Shown piece by piece: positions 9,417 through 19,987 of a stretch of DNA of 64,000 nucleotides. Positions within the stretch are counted from its first letter, which is position 1. Each line of letters starts with the position of its first letter. Source of the stretch: Candidatus Bathyarchaeota archaeon (GTDB taxonomy: Archaea > Thermoproteota > Bathyarchaeia > 40CM-2-53-6). A model generated the notes under the pieces. It saw nothing but the letters and a program-made list of their open reading frames with translations, was not told the origin of the DNA and did not search any database. Location: contig CAWHWX010000019.1 of NCBI GenBank assembly GCA_963833125.1, positions 64,001-128,000 on the forward strand. The letters run 5' to 3'. The position numbers and the translations under genes are program-made.

Positions 9417-9649
9417 TGGTGGGGCCGAAGGGACTCTCATGGTTCGGGCCTCGAACCATTTTGAACCCTCGACTTCCGCCATACCGTCATGTCTACGGGT
9501 TTCTTCGCTCCTGAAGTTCGTCATTCCGTTCAGGTCCGCAAACCCGTTAAGGTTTGGTCTTCTGGAGCCCTTGGCGGGTCCGTATCCCTGTCGTCATCCC
9601 TGGCTAGACACCGCCACCCCTTCGGAATTCTCGGAGTGACTACGGCCCC
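9417..9649 (-). tRNA. tRNA-Trp(CCA) with five introns (10/11, 28/29, 37/38, 45/46, 59/60); 3' CCA encoded
   Basis: Exons 9649-9640, 9608-9590, 9570-9562, 9500-9493, 9473-9460, 9433-9417 join to GGGGCCG TA GTCT AGCCAGGGA TGAC G ACGGG CTCCAGA CCCGT AGGTC GAGGG TTCAAAT CCCTT CGGCCCC A CCA, a canonical cloverleaf; BHB or relaxed BHB motif at each junction. Confidence 0.9.
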
Positions 9650-9769
9650 ACATGGGTTGGACAGGGTCGGCCCCAGCACCCCACCCTCAGAGAGTTGCTA
9701 TAACGATTATGGCTGGCTCCAGGTCAACGCATATAATACTACGAACAGACGGAATCCTATCGAAGGTTC

Positions 9770-10995
9770 TTGCTCAAGATAGGCTTAATCGGTAAGACAA
9801 ACGCTGGCAAAACCACATTCTTCAACGCCGCAACCCTACTAACCGCCGAAGTCTCCAACTACCCCCTTCACCACCAAGAAACCAAACGTAGGCCAGGCCA
9901 ACGCCAAAACAATCTGCGTGTGTAAGGAACTGGGCGTCAAGGATAATCCGCGCAACTCTACCTGCATCGACGGCTCCCGCTTCATACCAGTACAACTAAT
10001 CGACCTCCCCGGCCTCATCAAAGGATCATGGGAGGGGAAAGGCTTGGGAACCCAGTTCCTGAGCGTCGCTTCCCAAGCAGACGCTCTCATACACATCGCA
10101 GACGCCTCAGGCAGCGTAGATGCTGAGGGAAAAATCACCAAACCAGGCATGGGAAACCCAGTCGCAGACGTCTACGACATCGAGGAGGAGATTGTGCGAT
10201 GGTTCTGAAAATCGATCGAGAAGACACTCCAAAAAGTGAAAAAACATTCAAAAAAAGGTTCGTCAGTGGACCACTTGTTCGCGCAGGATCTGGCGGGCAT
10301 GAAAATCACCGCAGCTCACATTGCACAAGCCCTCAACGCTACAGACCTAACGGACAAGGAGTTAGGCGAATGGACGCGGCAGGACATTTGGAAATTCTCA
10401 AAGAACGTGCGCAAATCTCGAAGCCCACATTGATCGTGGCAAATAAGATGGATATCGCACTCGGCGAGAAGAACTATGAGAAGTTGATCAAGGAGTTTGG
10501 ACAGGCGTTCGTGATCGCCGCGTCAAGCGATGCCGAGCTTGCTCTGCGGAGGGCTGAACAGACTGGATACGTTGAGTACGTTCCCGGCGAGGAAATTTTC
10601 AAGGTAAGGATAGAAGCAAGCTTACTCCCGAGCAGCGAGACGCACTCACCTACGTTGAACAACGTGTTTTCTCAAAATGGATACGGACGGGTGTGCAGTT
10701 CGCTCTGAACACCTGCATCTTCAAACTGCTCGGCATGAATGTTGTCTATCCGGTGAGATGCAACAAGTTCTCGGATAGGAAGGGGAGTGTGCTTCCGGAC
10801 GCTTTCCTAGTTCCATACAACGCCTCCGTCTCGGACCTGGCTGGTCAGATCCATAGTGAGTTGGCTAGGACGATGATTTATGCCGTTGACGCACGAACAA
10901 AAATTCGCCTACCAACCGATTACAAACTGAAAGACCGAGACGTCGTCAATATCGTCTCGGCCTCAAAAGGAAAATCCCAAGCTAAGGCCCGATAA
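9770..10995 (+). CDS. ychF: YchF/OLA1 Obg-family ATPase/GTPase (several indels)
   Basis: TTG start then LKIGLIGKTNAGKTT, NYPFTT, IDLPGL..GKGLGTQFL, ANKMD, C-terminal TGS domain (LPDAFL..IHSEL). Confidence 0.9.
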
Positions 10996-11549
10996 CTTTC
11001 AGCAAATCCGCCTTGGTTATGATTCCCAGCACGTGCCCACGCCGGACCACGAGCACTGCAGGCTCATACTGAAGCAACGCAGAAACCATCGACACTGGCG
11101 CAACCTCATTCACCAGTGGAAACGCCTCATCCATTATCGTCTCTATCTCTCCTCGACACAAGGTCGGGTTTCGGAGATAACACGAGCTTCGGAACAATCG
11201 TTTTCTCCGTTAAGCTTCCTACAACTTGATTTCCGTTGAAAACAGGGAACTGGGAGAAGCCGGTTTCCCGCATCAAATGCACCCCCCTCGAGATCGGTTC
11301 ATCAGACTGTACACTCACGACTTTGCCGTGGCAAATCTCCTTCGCCTTCATCTCGTCTCTTCGTTCCAAAGTCTCGAGGGTATCAAAGATGGCTTTGGTT
11401 TTCAGGTATGATGGACTAATGTTCTTGCTCTCAATCTTCGAGATCATTGATTGGCTTATGCCGGCGAGGTTAGCCAGCTTTTTCTGGCTTATCGCTAGGA
11501 GCCGACGCCGTCTTCCAATCTCCTCTAATCCTGGTAGCATGGGATCCAA
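10982..11549 (-). CDS. XRE-HTH plus CBS-domain transcriptional regulator (frameshift near 11150)
   Basis: ISQKKLANLAGISQSMISKIE HTH; CBS pair FSQFPV..VGSLTE / GIITKADLLK. Confidence 0.9.
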
Positions 11550-11689
11550 ACCCGTCTACGAAGGGTATTCTCCGGGGAATTTTTTCTTATCGCAAGGTTA
11601 TATTATAGGAATATCGGAATTTCGCCAATAAGTTTCAGTGAAATTACTTGAGCAAACTCTCCAGCGGATCAACCAATGTAGCGGTGGCT

Positions 11690-12835
11690 TTGAGCCAAAA
11701 GCCTCGAACTTACATGTTCACCTCCGAAAGCGTCACCGAAGGTCACCCCGACAAGGTAGCAGATCAAATCTCAGATACGATCCTCGACGCCATCATGCAG
11801 AAGGATCCGAAATCACACATAGACATCGAAACTCTCATAATGAAAGGAACCATCATTGTTACGGGTCAAATCTCCACAGCAGCCTGGTCCAGGTTCGCCA
11901 AATAGTCCGCAACGTACTTCAGATATCGGCTTCGACAATGCGAAGGTAGGCTTGGATTGGGAAGCCTGCGGAGTCCTCGTCTCATCGAAGGAGTCGCCAG
12001 ATATCGCCATGGGGGTCGATAAGGAAGACGTCGGCGCCGGCGATCAGGGAATCGTATTCGGATACACGACGAATGAAACTCCTGAACTAATGCCCCTACC
12101 GATCGTCCTAGCCCACAAACTTGTCAGACGTCTCGCAGAGGTAAGAAAACAGGAATTCTACCCTATCTGCGGCCTGATGGAAAGTCGCAAGTGACCGTTG
12201 AATATTCGGACGGCAAACCCAACCGTTAACGCAGTAGTCATCGCAGCCCAACACAACGAAGACGTGCCAAGGGAGCAAATGAGGAGGGATATCATCGAGA
12301 AGGTAATCGAAAACGTCATCCCCAAGAACATGCTCAACAAGAACCCTAAATTCTTCATAAACGAAACCGGCCGCTTCACAGTCGGGGGCACGCTCGCTGA
12401 TTCCGGCTTGACTGGAAGAAAGATAATCGTTGACACGTACGGCGGGATTGGAAGCCATGGCGGCGGTTGTTTTTCCGGGAAGGATCCGACGAAGGTCGAT
12501 CGATCCGGGAGTTACATGGCGAGGTACATTGCGAAGAACGTGTCACGGCAAGCCTCGCCGACAAGTGCGACGTGCAGATCGCCTATGCCATAGGCGTTTC
12601 AAAGCCGGTTTCGGTCATGGTCTACACCTACGGGACTGGTAAGGTGTCGGATGAGAGAATTACGGATGCAGTGAAAGCGGTTTTCGACATGACCCCCAAG
12701 GGAATAATCGAACGCCTAAATCTCCGAAGGCCTATTTACAGAAAGACAGCAACCTACGGACACTTCGGACGGGACGATCCCGACTTCACATGGGAACGCA
12801 CTGACAAAGTAGACGAACTGAAGAAACACGCATAG
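11690..12835 (+). CDS. metK: S-adenosylmethionine synthetase, bacterial/eukaryotic type (several indels)
   Basis: [60 protein letters not shown]. Confidence 0.95.
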
Positions 12836-12972
12836 TCAGTGTTGAAATGGGAACACGGTATCAATCGTAGATCCTTGAATGTCGTCCAATCAAGTCCATT
12901 GCGAGGATTAGCACCAGTATATTGATTCGGCCCATTCGAGCGGTTTCGTGGCTTAACGCTGGGCGGTTGTCA

Positions 12973-14054
12973 ATGGATGTAGGAAAGTCACTACAGCGCG
13001 TAGTTACAACGGGTAGAATGCTTGCCCTAATTCTCGCCATCTTCTCGGCCTTCACTTACGTAATTACCCTCATCTTAGGCCCAGTACTTTACTTCTCTAC
13101 CTCCGATGGCCTGAAGGACGCCGGGCACGTGATTCACCAGCTCCCATTGGACATTTTCATGCTGTACATAGTTACCTACTGGCGGAATGAGCCACGGAAC
13201 CTTATTAGCGATAATTTGGATCATTTTCGTGGTTTGCATCGTGGCAGCATTTCTTAGCGCTGGAGGTTTTCTGAAATCAGTAAAGGATGCCCTCTCTAAG
13301 CCGATTTCAGTCGCGAAAACAAACTTCCTTTACCTCATGCCGCTAGTGGCCACGGGTCTGCGTTACACGACAATTCTCATTTCAGAATTCCAAACGACGC
13401 AGGGCATTCAGACAGGCAGCTTGAACTTTCCCGCTCAAACAAGCCCATACTTAATCCTCCTCAATCTTGCCTACACTACCGATAAACGGAAGTCGCCTTC
13501 CGGATAACAACGATCGGAATCCCGTTCGCCGCATTCATTCTCATCATTTACCGATCGGATGCACGGATGAAGGGGGTGAAGAAACGCATGGGTTTATTTC
13601 TGCTCGCCCTATTCAGTCCCGAACTCGCCAAATCTAAGCTGGGTTACAGGACCGTGGCTGCAAACGGTTTCATCCCTGGCATTAGTCCCATGAAGTGGGC
13701 GCTTATACTGGTAAGCTCGGCGGTGTTCGGGATAGCCGCTACATTGGTGGAGGTGGCTGGGAGATCGGGAAGGTTTCGACGGCGGCCTTGGCAGGTTTCG
13801 TATTTGCTATCATGTACGTCAGCTACGGAGCCTACGCAGATATACTCATGCACTGGTTCTTCAACTATTATTTCACGGTCCTCGATATGGCGAGCACCGA
13901 CGTACGGTGGCATGTTTACGGGATTCGACCAGTTGAAATCAGGAACATTTTCGCAGGCCGAGTCGGACTTATCGTCATTATCCTAATCTCCGCCCTAAGG
14001 CTAGGCGACTATCTCGCGGTACGGGCCACGGGAATTCCCACGAAGACCACCTAA
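12973..14054 (+). CDS. CPBP (Abi/CAAX) family intramembrane metalloprotease-like protein (several indels)
   Basis: Multiple TM fragments; SSAVFG..(H)YIGGGGWEIGK, YGAYADILMHWFFN. Confidence 0.6.
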
Positions 14055-14187
14055 CCCATTCAACAATCTTATACGGCAAAACAACCCAACTCAGGCTGGT
14101 GCAGGGGCCTGTATCACCGCCAAGTCCACTAAGACCTGAAACAAGCCTCTCTTGGGCCTCAATGCATTTTCTAGCAAGTGACAACAC

Positions 14188-16565
14188 TTGGCAACTTCGG
14201 AGAAAACTGAAACCGCGAAGAAATTCCTGCCCAGATCACCGAGAAGAGATGGGACCATAATGTTGAGAGGACAATTTTCGATCAATGGCAGCAGGAAGGG
14301 ACATTTAGGTTCAAGACCGGTAACGCAAAGAAGCCTCCATCATCGATACTCCGCCGCCAACCACCTCAGGAACTTGGCACATAGGTGCAGTGGCAGCCTA
14401 CTCACAAATCGATATGATTGCCCGATCCCAACGGATGCAGGGAAAATCCGTTCTATTCCCAATAGGGGTCGACCGAAACGGAATCAATGTCGAGATCTAC
14501 GTAGAGAAGCAATCAAAGGTGCGGATGCGGGACACACCGAGGCAACAATTCATCGACCTATGCTCACACACACTAGACGAGCTCGAGGCTCAAATGTTGA
14601 ACATGATGAAGCGGGTCGGGTTGGGTGGGGAGTCCGATGGCAGATATCATACCGATCACGAAGACTACCGGAAGCGGACGCAGGCCACATTTATCGAACT
14701 CTGGAAAAGAGGGCTCATCTACGAAACAACACGCCCCAACAACTACTGCCACGTGTGCTGAACAACAATCGCCGACGCAGAAGTAAAATACGAAGATCTT
14801 CCCTCGAACCTGACGTATCTCAACTTCAAAATTGAAGAGACAGGCGAAACGCTAGTGATCGCAACAACCCGGCCTGAACTTGTTTGCGCATGTCAGTTGG
14901 TAATCGTGAACCCCACGGACGAGAGATACACGAAGTTTCATGGAATGCCGCCACCAATTGTACCCATCTACGGCCGTAAAGTCGAAGTTAAACCCCATCC
15001 GAGCGCAAAAGCCGAGTTCAGGATACTGGGGTCGTCATGATTGTGCAGCTACGGAGACTACACGGACGTACTACTCTTCAGGGAGTTGAGTCTCGAAAGA
15101 GGTCTTAGCCGTAGGGCCGGATGGCAGACTTACCGCTGCCGCAGGAGCATACCAAGGTTCTACGATGTTAGAGGGACGCTCGCGAATCCTAGAAGACTTG
15201 CGCTCTCAGGGCCTACTCGTCAAAACTCAAAAGATTAGGCACCGCACACCAGTATGCTCACGCAGCAACACCCCAATTGAAATCATACCGATGAAGGAAT
15301 ACTACCTAAAGCAAATAGACTTCATCCCGAAGCTCAAACAACTCGCTAAGCAAATCACCTTTCACCCCGAGGCGGGTAGGCAGATATTGCTCGACTGGAT
15401 AAACTCGATAACGATTGACTGGCCGATCTCCGGACAAGCACGTATACGCCACTGAGATTCCCCGTTTGGTACTGCAAGAGCTAGGGGACTACATTCCTCC
15501 CCTCCCCGGGCGAATATTACAGGCCATGGAGAAATCGACCCACCATCTGCAATATGTTCCAAATGCGGTCACGCTGAATTTGACGGGGAGACTGCGCACA
15601 TTCGACACCTGGATGGACTCAAGCATTTCCTGCGCTTTACATTTCCAAATACCAACTAGACCCCAAGTTCTTCAAGCGAGCATACCCTGCAAGCATTACG
15701 GCCTCAGGGCAAGGACATAGTGAGAACTTGGCTCCACTACTCCGTCCTGAGGTGCTACCAATTAACAGGCCGAGCGCCATTTACAGATGCGTGGATAAAC
15801 GGGCTTGGGATGGATGAACAAGGTCAGGCGATGCACAAGAGCAAGGGGAATGTTGTAGAGCCTGAGCCGGTTCTTGAAAAGTTCGGAGCAGACTCATTCA
15901 GGTTCTGGAACGCTTCCGAAGCCACCCTTGGGTTCCGATTTCCGTTGCTCCGAAATGAGAATCGCCGCAGCCCACAAGATTCATGACGAAACTCTGGAAT
16001 CTCTCCCGTTTCATCTCATCCTTCCCACAAGTCAAGACTGCCAAACTCCAGCCCAGCGACAAATGGATTCTCTCCGAACTCACCCTACTAATACAAAAAT
16101 CCATGAAGGGCTATCGCGATTACAATTTCTTTGTTCCCTCAACAGCAATTAGAGACTTCGTCTGGGAGACATTTGCCTCACATTACCTAGAGATGGTGAA
16201 ACCTCGCGCCTACGGCGAGGGCTTCACAAAGAGCTCAGCAGAAAGCTGCATGGTACACGCTCCACACGGTCTTGAAGAGCATACTCCTTCTACTTGCACC
16301 CATCGCCCCGTTCATGCCAGAGCACGTCTGGAAGCAATTGTACTCGAAAAGAAGCATCCACGCCCAGCAATTCCCAAAGCCGGCGTGGTCGAAAGCATCG
16401 AAACGCTATACCCAGAAGATGTTAGACTTCAACCGAGAAGTCTGGAAGATTAAGAAAGAGAAGAGCTTGGCTCTACGTGACCCAGTCGAGGTAAAGGTCC
16501 CGAAGGCTCTAGCGCCCTTCACAGACGACTTGGTTAGGATGCACTCATTGATCACGAAGCCATAA
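14188..16565 (+). CDS. valS: Valyl-tRNA synthetase (many indels and one in-frame TGA)
   Basis: DTPPP..SGTWHIGA (HIGH-like), IATTRPEL, MCSYGD, FDTWMDSS, MHKSKGNVV (KMSKS), anticodon-binding LAPIAPFMPEHVW. Confidence 0.95.
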
Positions 16566-16617
16566 TCGAAGTGCAATAGTTTAATATCGCAAGACTCGCT
16601 CTAGCGCCTTGATTTCG

Positions 16618-16911
16618 ATGAAGGTATCCGAACTCAAGCCTGGAATGCGGCGTGTGGACACGATAACCGCCAAGATTCAAGAAATCTCCCCAGCAAGGGA
16701 AGTAACGACAAGAAGGGGCGAACAATCCAGGGTTGCTACAGCAGTTGTCGCGGATGATTCTGGCACCGTCAAACTCAACCTCTGGAATGAACAAATCGAC
16801 CAGGTAAAGGCAAACGATACAGTGACGATTGAGAATGGATATGTGGATAGTTTCCGTGGCGAGACCCAGCTGAACGTAGGCCGATACGGTAAGCTCACTG
16901 TGCAGCCATAA
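16618..16911 (+). CDS. ssb: Single-stranded DNA-binding protein (single OB fold, crenarchaeal type)
   Basis: KVSELKPG..VADDSGTVKLNLW..IENGYVDSFRGETQLNVGRYGKL. Confidence 0.9.
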   Translation: MKVSELKPGMRRVDTITAKIQEISPAREVTTRRGEQSRVATAVVADDSGTVKLNLWNEQIDQVKANDTVTIENGYVDSFRGETQLNVGRYGKLTVQP

Positions 16912-16952
16912 CTGAAATCTTCGTTCCCCTTTCGCCGGTTAAGGCCCAAAAT

Positions 16953-17837
16953 TTGAGCACAGACGATCGCTTCGAAGAAATAAAACATCTACTTGACTCA
17001 ACGATAAACGAATTTCAAACACTCTTCGAATCGGCGGGTGGGTTCGAAGACTCAAGAGTCGGAAATGGTTGGGCTCCGGATAAGTTAACGCCTGAGGTCT
17101 ACTGCCTCGAGCCAAAACCCCTACCAGAACTGCTCAAGACGGCTGAGGACCGTAAGGCATCCTTGTTCAAAAACCGAGTCCTGTCTCTGCTCAAACCGAA
17201 GGACCAAGACGTTCACGCCGCGGAACCACCTAAACTAAAACTAATTCCATTCTGGAGAATTCATGGATACCATGAATGCTTCTACTTTAGGGGAAACACG
17301 TACAAAATCGATCTTCCCCCGGACGTCGTCGCTGTGGAAGTTGAGGGAAAGATCAGGGATCTCGTTGAACTGGGCTCTGCTGAAGGACAGGGAATATCGA
17401 ATTTAGCAAAACGGTTACTGGGGAGAAGGGAGGGGTCAGAATCAAAATCGTTTCGACTAAACGAAATCACGGAGCTAGCGCACATGTACGACGAGAATTC
17501 CCTCTTTCTCAATGCGCATGGAAGGGAAGACCTCGAGGCCGAGGCGTTCTTCGACCGTCCCCTACCTCTCAAGAAGACAACCTACGAAGAACTACTCCTA
17601 CAATACCCTGCCGTAGAATTCGAGACAAATTCGATGACCAAAGAGGAATTGGTCGCGAAGCTCCATGCTATGGTCGTTAAGCCACCCGCGGCATTCTCAA
17701 AGATACTTAGTAACCGATTCCAAGTGACTGGGTCCGCCCAATACCTAATGCCGGTCTACTCTTTCATCTTTGAATGGCACGGACAAAAAAGAGCGCTATC
17801 CGTGCATGGATACACCGGCGGAATTTTTCAACCCTGA
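16953..17837 (+). CDS. Hypothetical protein
   Basis: Uninterrupted 294-aa ORF; no recognisable motif. Confidence 0.6.
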   Translation: MSTDDRFEEIKHLLDSTINEFQTLFESAGGFEDSRVGNGWAPDKLTPEVYCLEPKPLPELLKTAEDRKASLFKNRVLSLLKPKDQDVHAAEPPKLKLIPFWRIHGYHECFYFRGNTYKIDLPPDVVAVEVEGKIRDLVELGSAEGQGISNLAKRLLGRREGSESKSFRLNEITELAHMYDENSLFLNAHGREDLEAEAFFDRPLPLKKTTYEELLLQYPAVEFETNSMTKEELVAKLHAMVVKPPAAFSKILSNRFQVTGSAQYLMPVYSFIFEWHGQKRALSVHGYTGGIFQP

Positions 17838-19283
17838 GAGAACTTGCGGTACCTCGGCCGCTTGAGAAGTCTCCTTAACCGGAAAATCGTAACTTTCCTT
17901 CCATAACGGGACACCGACCAACGAACAACAAACAGGACCCGCAACGACACCTACAATAACACTGATGAACAAATACGGCTGAGCTACCACCTCGTAAGTG
18001 GCCTTGCCCGAGTTCCCTAACGTGTCTCCTGCGCTAACATTCAACGTCCACGTCCCGCCACGAATCAAATCAAAGAGTGTGCTTGAGTACGAAGCCCGCC
18101 ATTCGCCAATGGAGGGGTCGTAGGTTGCCATCAACGGTGTGATCGATGATCCGGTGGAGACGACAAGGTTCACCGAGCCCGACGGTCAAAGGTGTTCCGT
18201 CCGGATATGTCACCTTTGATACTGTGCTGACTCGGGCCGAACGGAATTTGGATTCGTGTTCCGTTCAATTGACTGCTGATGATCAGGCTGGCATTCGTAA
18301 CTGTGAAGTAATTAGAGGCCGTGTCAACTGCCGCACCCTTGTTCCCGAATCCATCGTCAAAGGCCATTGCGGGCATGTCGAAGCGATATTTCCCGCTGGG
18401 CGTCGCAGTGGCGAAGAGTTTGACCCCAGCCGCCCAGATGCCGTTTGCGGGATCAACAAGGGTAAGATTGGCGGGGCCAAGTGTGGTCTGGTCTCGCATC
18501 AGGATGACGGGTTGTGAGGTAGGGTTTGAGGATTGACTACGGGGCTGCCGTCTGGGTATTGAATTGCCATCGTTACATTGGCAACTTGTGTCCTCTGGTA
18601 GGTTGAGTTTGGTTGGTTTACGATTCTGGTCGATAGTACTGCCTGCGTCACAGTAAATTTCGCCGTAGAGGAAAAGTCCTGTTGCGGATTATCGAATGTC
18701 CCCGTGCCATAGATCACGGCTGTAAATACATCTGTAATCGCGTCTGGCGGAATTCTCCAGGTATGATTGAAATCTCCCTCGGTCGTCGAAGCGAGTGTGG
18801 AGTGTACGATGTTGCCCGCCGGATCTTGAATAGTCAAACTGATGCTTGTGCCCGGAAAAATGCCCCCGCCTATGATGTTCACAGACTGAGTTCTTTGATA
18901 TACGGGCGCCGCTGAACCCCAGACACCGAAATGTGCGATCGCCTGCGCCAGTTATCGGTGGTTGATGACGTAGATAGGCTGATGAGGTACGTACCCAATT
19001 CTGCATTGGCTGAGAGAGGATAGGTTGTATCAGGAGGGATGAGTCCTCCAGAAACGGGCGTGAAGCTAACTCCGGTGTATCGTGTCTTGTTGGTGGCAGG
19101 TCCCCTTACCCAGAGGTAGTATTGTTGACTGGGCGTTAGCCCGGATCCGGCTAGGGTTACTTGCTTGTCTCTGATGGTGTACAAGTAATTGTCTGTGCTT
19201 AGCGAAGGTGATGCTTTGGCTGGAAGCGGGAGGGCTAGCAGGATCATTGCCAGGGCAAGAAGTATGATTTTGGTTTGCTTCAT
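17828..19283 (-). CDS. Secreted beta-rich (Ig-like) membrane-anchored protein, fragmented by indels
   Basis: Signal peptide MKQTKIILLALAMILLALPLPAKA; Thr/Gly-rich beta segments over four ORF pieces; C-terminal TM plus basic tail. Confidence 0.65.
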
Positions 19284-19330
19284 TCGGTTTTTCCCTCCGC
19301 TTTCGCACTTCTTACTAGTATGGTGTCATT

Positions 19331-19457
19331 TGGCGCCCAGGGAGAGGGATTCGAACCCCCGAGGCCCATAAGGGCCACGGGCTTGCATTGAAGTTGACAC
19401 TCAAGCCCGCGCCTTTGGACCATTTTCCATGATGTTAATCCACTCGGCCATACCGGC
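19331..19457 (-). tRNA. tRNA-Ser, probably (UGA), with two introns (21/22 at 19435-19415; 37/38 at about 19399-19384)
   Basis: GCC start, long variable arm GGCCC-TTAT-GGGCC, GGTTCGAATCC, G73-CCA; D-loop BHB with central helix GGAT/GTCC; acceptor and anticodon arms carry apparent indels, so the anticodon call is less sure. Confidence 0.75.
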
Positions 19458-19495
19458 TAAAGTATCCCTGAAGCCGATTCCTATTTAAGTTCCCG

Positions 19496-19969
19496 TTGGC
19501 TTGCGGGCGCGAAAATTCAGATAGGTCTTCGCTTTGGCAGCCCCCACGTTATGAGTTTCTTCCACATACAACAGACGCATACATTCAATCTGTTGGTCCC
19601 ACTTTTGAAGAGGCGCTTGAAAATGCGGGGCTAGCGCTGTTCGATACGATGTGTAACTTAGATTCAATTTCGAATAAAGAGGTCGACGATGTTGAGGCTG
19701 ACGGCGGTGACGAAGTAGAGCTTCTCTATGATTGGCTCGAAACGCTGCTGCTGAAGTTCGAGCTCGACAGTAAGGTCTACTCGAAATTTCATGTCACTCT
19801 CTTGAAGACAGCTCCCAACATCCTACAACTCAGAGCCAAGGCCTACGGCGAGACCTACAATCGTCAGCTTCATGGCTCTAAGGTTGAGGTAAAGGCGGTG
19901 ACCTTTCACAGAATGGAAGTCGTGAGAGAAGGAAATTTAGTCATTCTGAGGTTCATACTTGACCTCTAG
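19496..19969 (+). CDS. Archease (cofactor of the RtcB tRNA-splicing ligase)
   Basis: YEFLPHTTDAYI..TFEEALENAGLAL..LLYDWLETLL..EVKAVTFH..FILDL; start uncertain. Confidence 0.9.
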   Translation: MACGRENSDRSSLWQPPRYEFLPHTTDAYIQSVGPTFEEALENAGLALFDTMCNLDSISNKEVDDVEADGGDEVELLYDWLETLLLKFELDSKVYSKFHVTLLKTAPNILQLRAKAYGETYNRQLHGSKVEVKAVTFHRMEVVREGNLVILRFILDL

Positions 19970-19987
19970 CCGCCTTGAAGCTTGGTA

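Noticed and set aside
9511-9516. CTTCAG within Trp intron 3 as an alternative UCA anticodon (UGA-suppressor by alternative splicing)
   Set aside because: No BHB register at 31/32, 32/33 or 33/34 would join exon 3 to this segment; it is better explained as the antisense guide element.
9417-9690. tmRNA, SRP RNA or RNase P RNA
   Set aside because: tRNA-like ends suggested tmRNA, but the interior resolves fully into tRNA exons plus BHB introns; the SRP helix-8 and RNase P conserved motifs are absent.
9250-9782. ORFs 9250-9639 (+) and 9489-9782 (+)
   Set aside because: They lie antisense to the tRNA-Trp gene and have no protein-like motifs.
14759-14761. In-frame TGA in valS (NYCHVC*TTIADAEV) as selenocysteine or UGA recoding
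   Set aside because: The position normally holds a non-Cys, non-Trp residue after the CxxC; TGA is used as a normal stop throughout the window; a substitution error is more likely.
9770-19283. Dense frameshifts in ychF, metK, valS and neighbours as pseudogenes, programmed frameshifts or further introns
   Set aside because: The breaks I inspected are single-base indels, often in homopolymers (e.g. extra C near 9866, missing A near 14233), with no BHB insert, and they hit essential genes; this fits a low-coverage long-read consensus.
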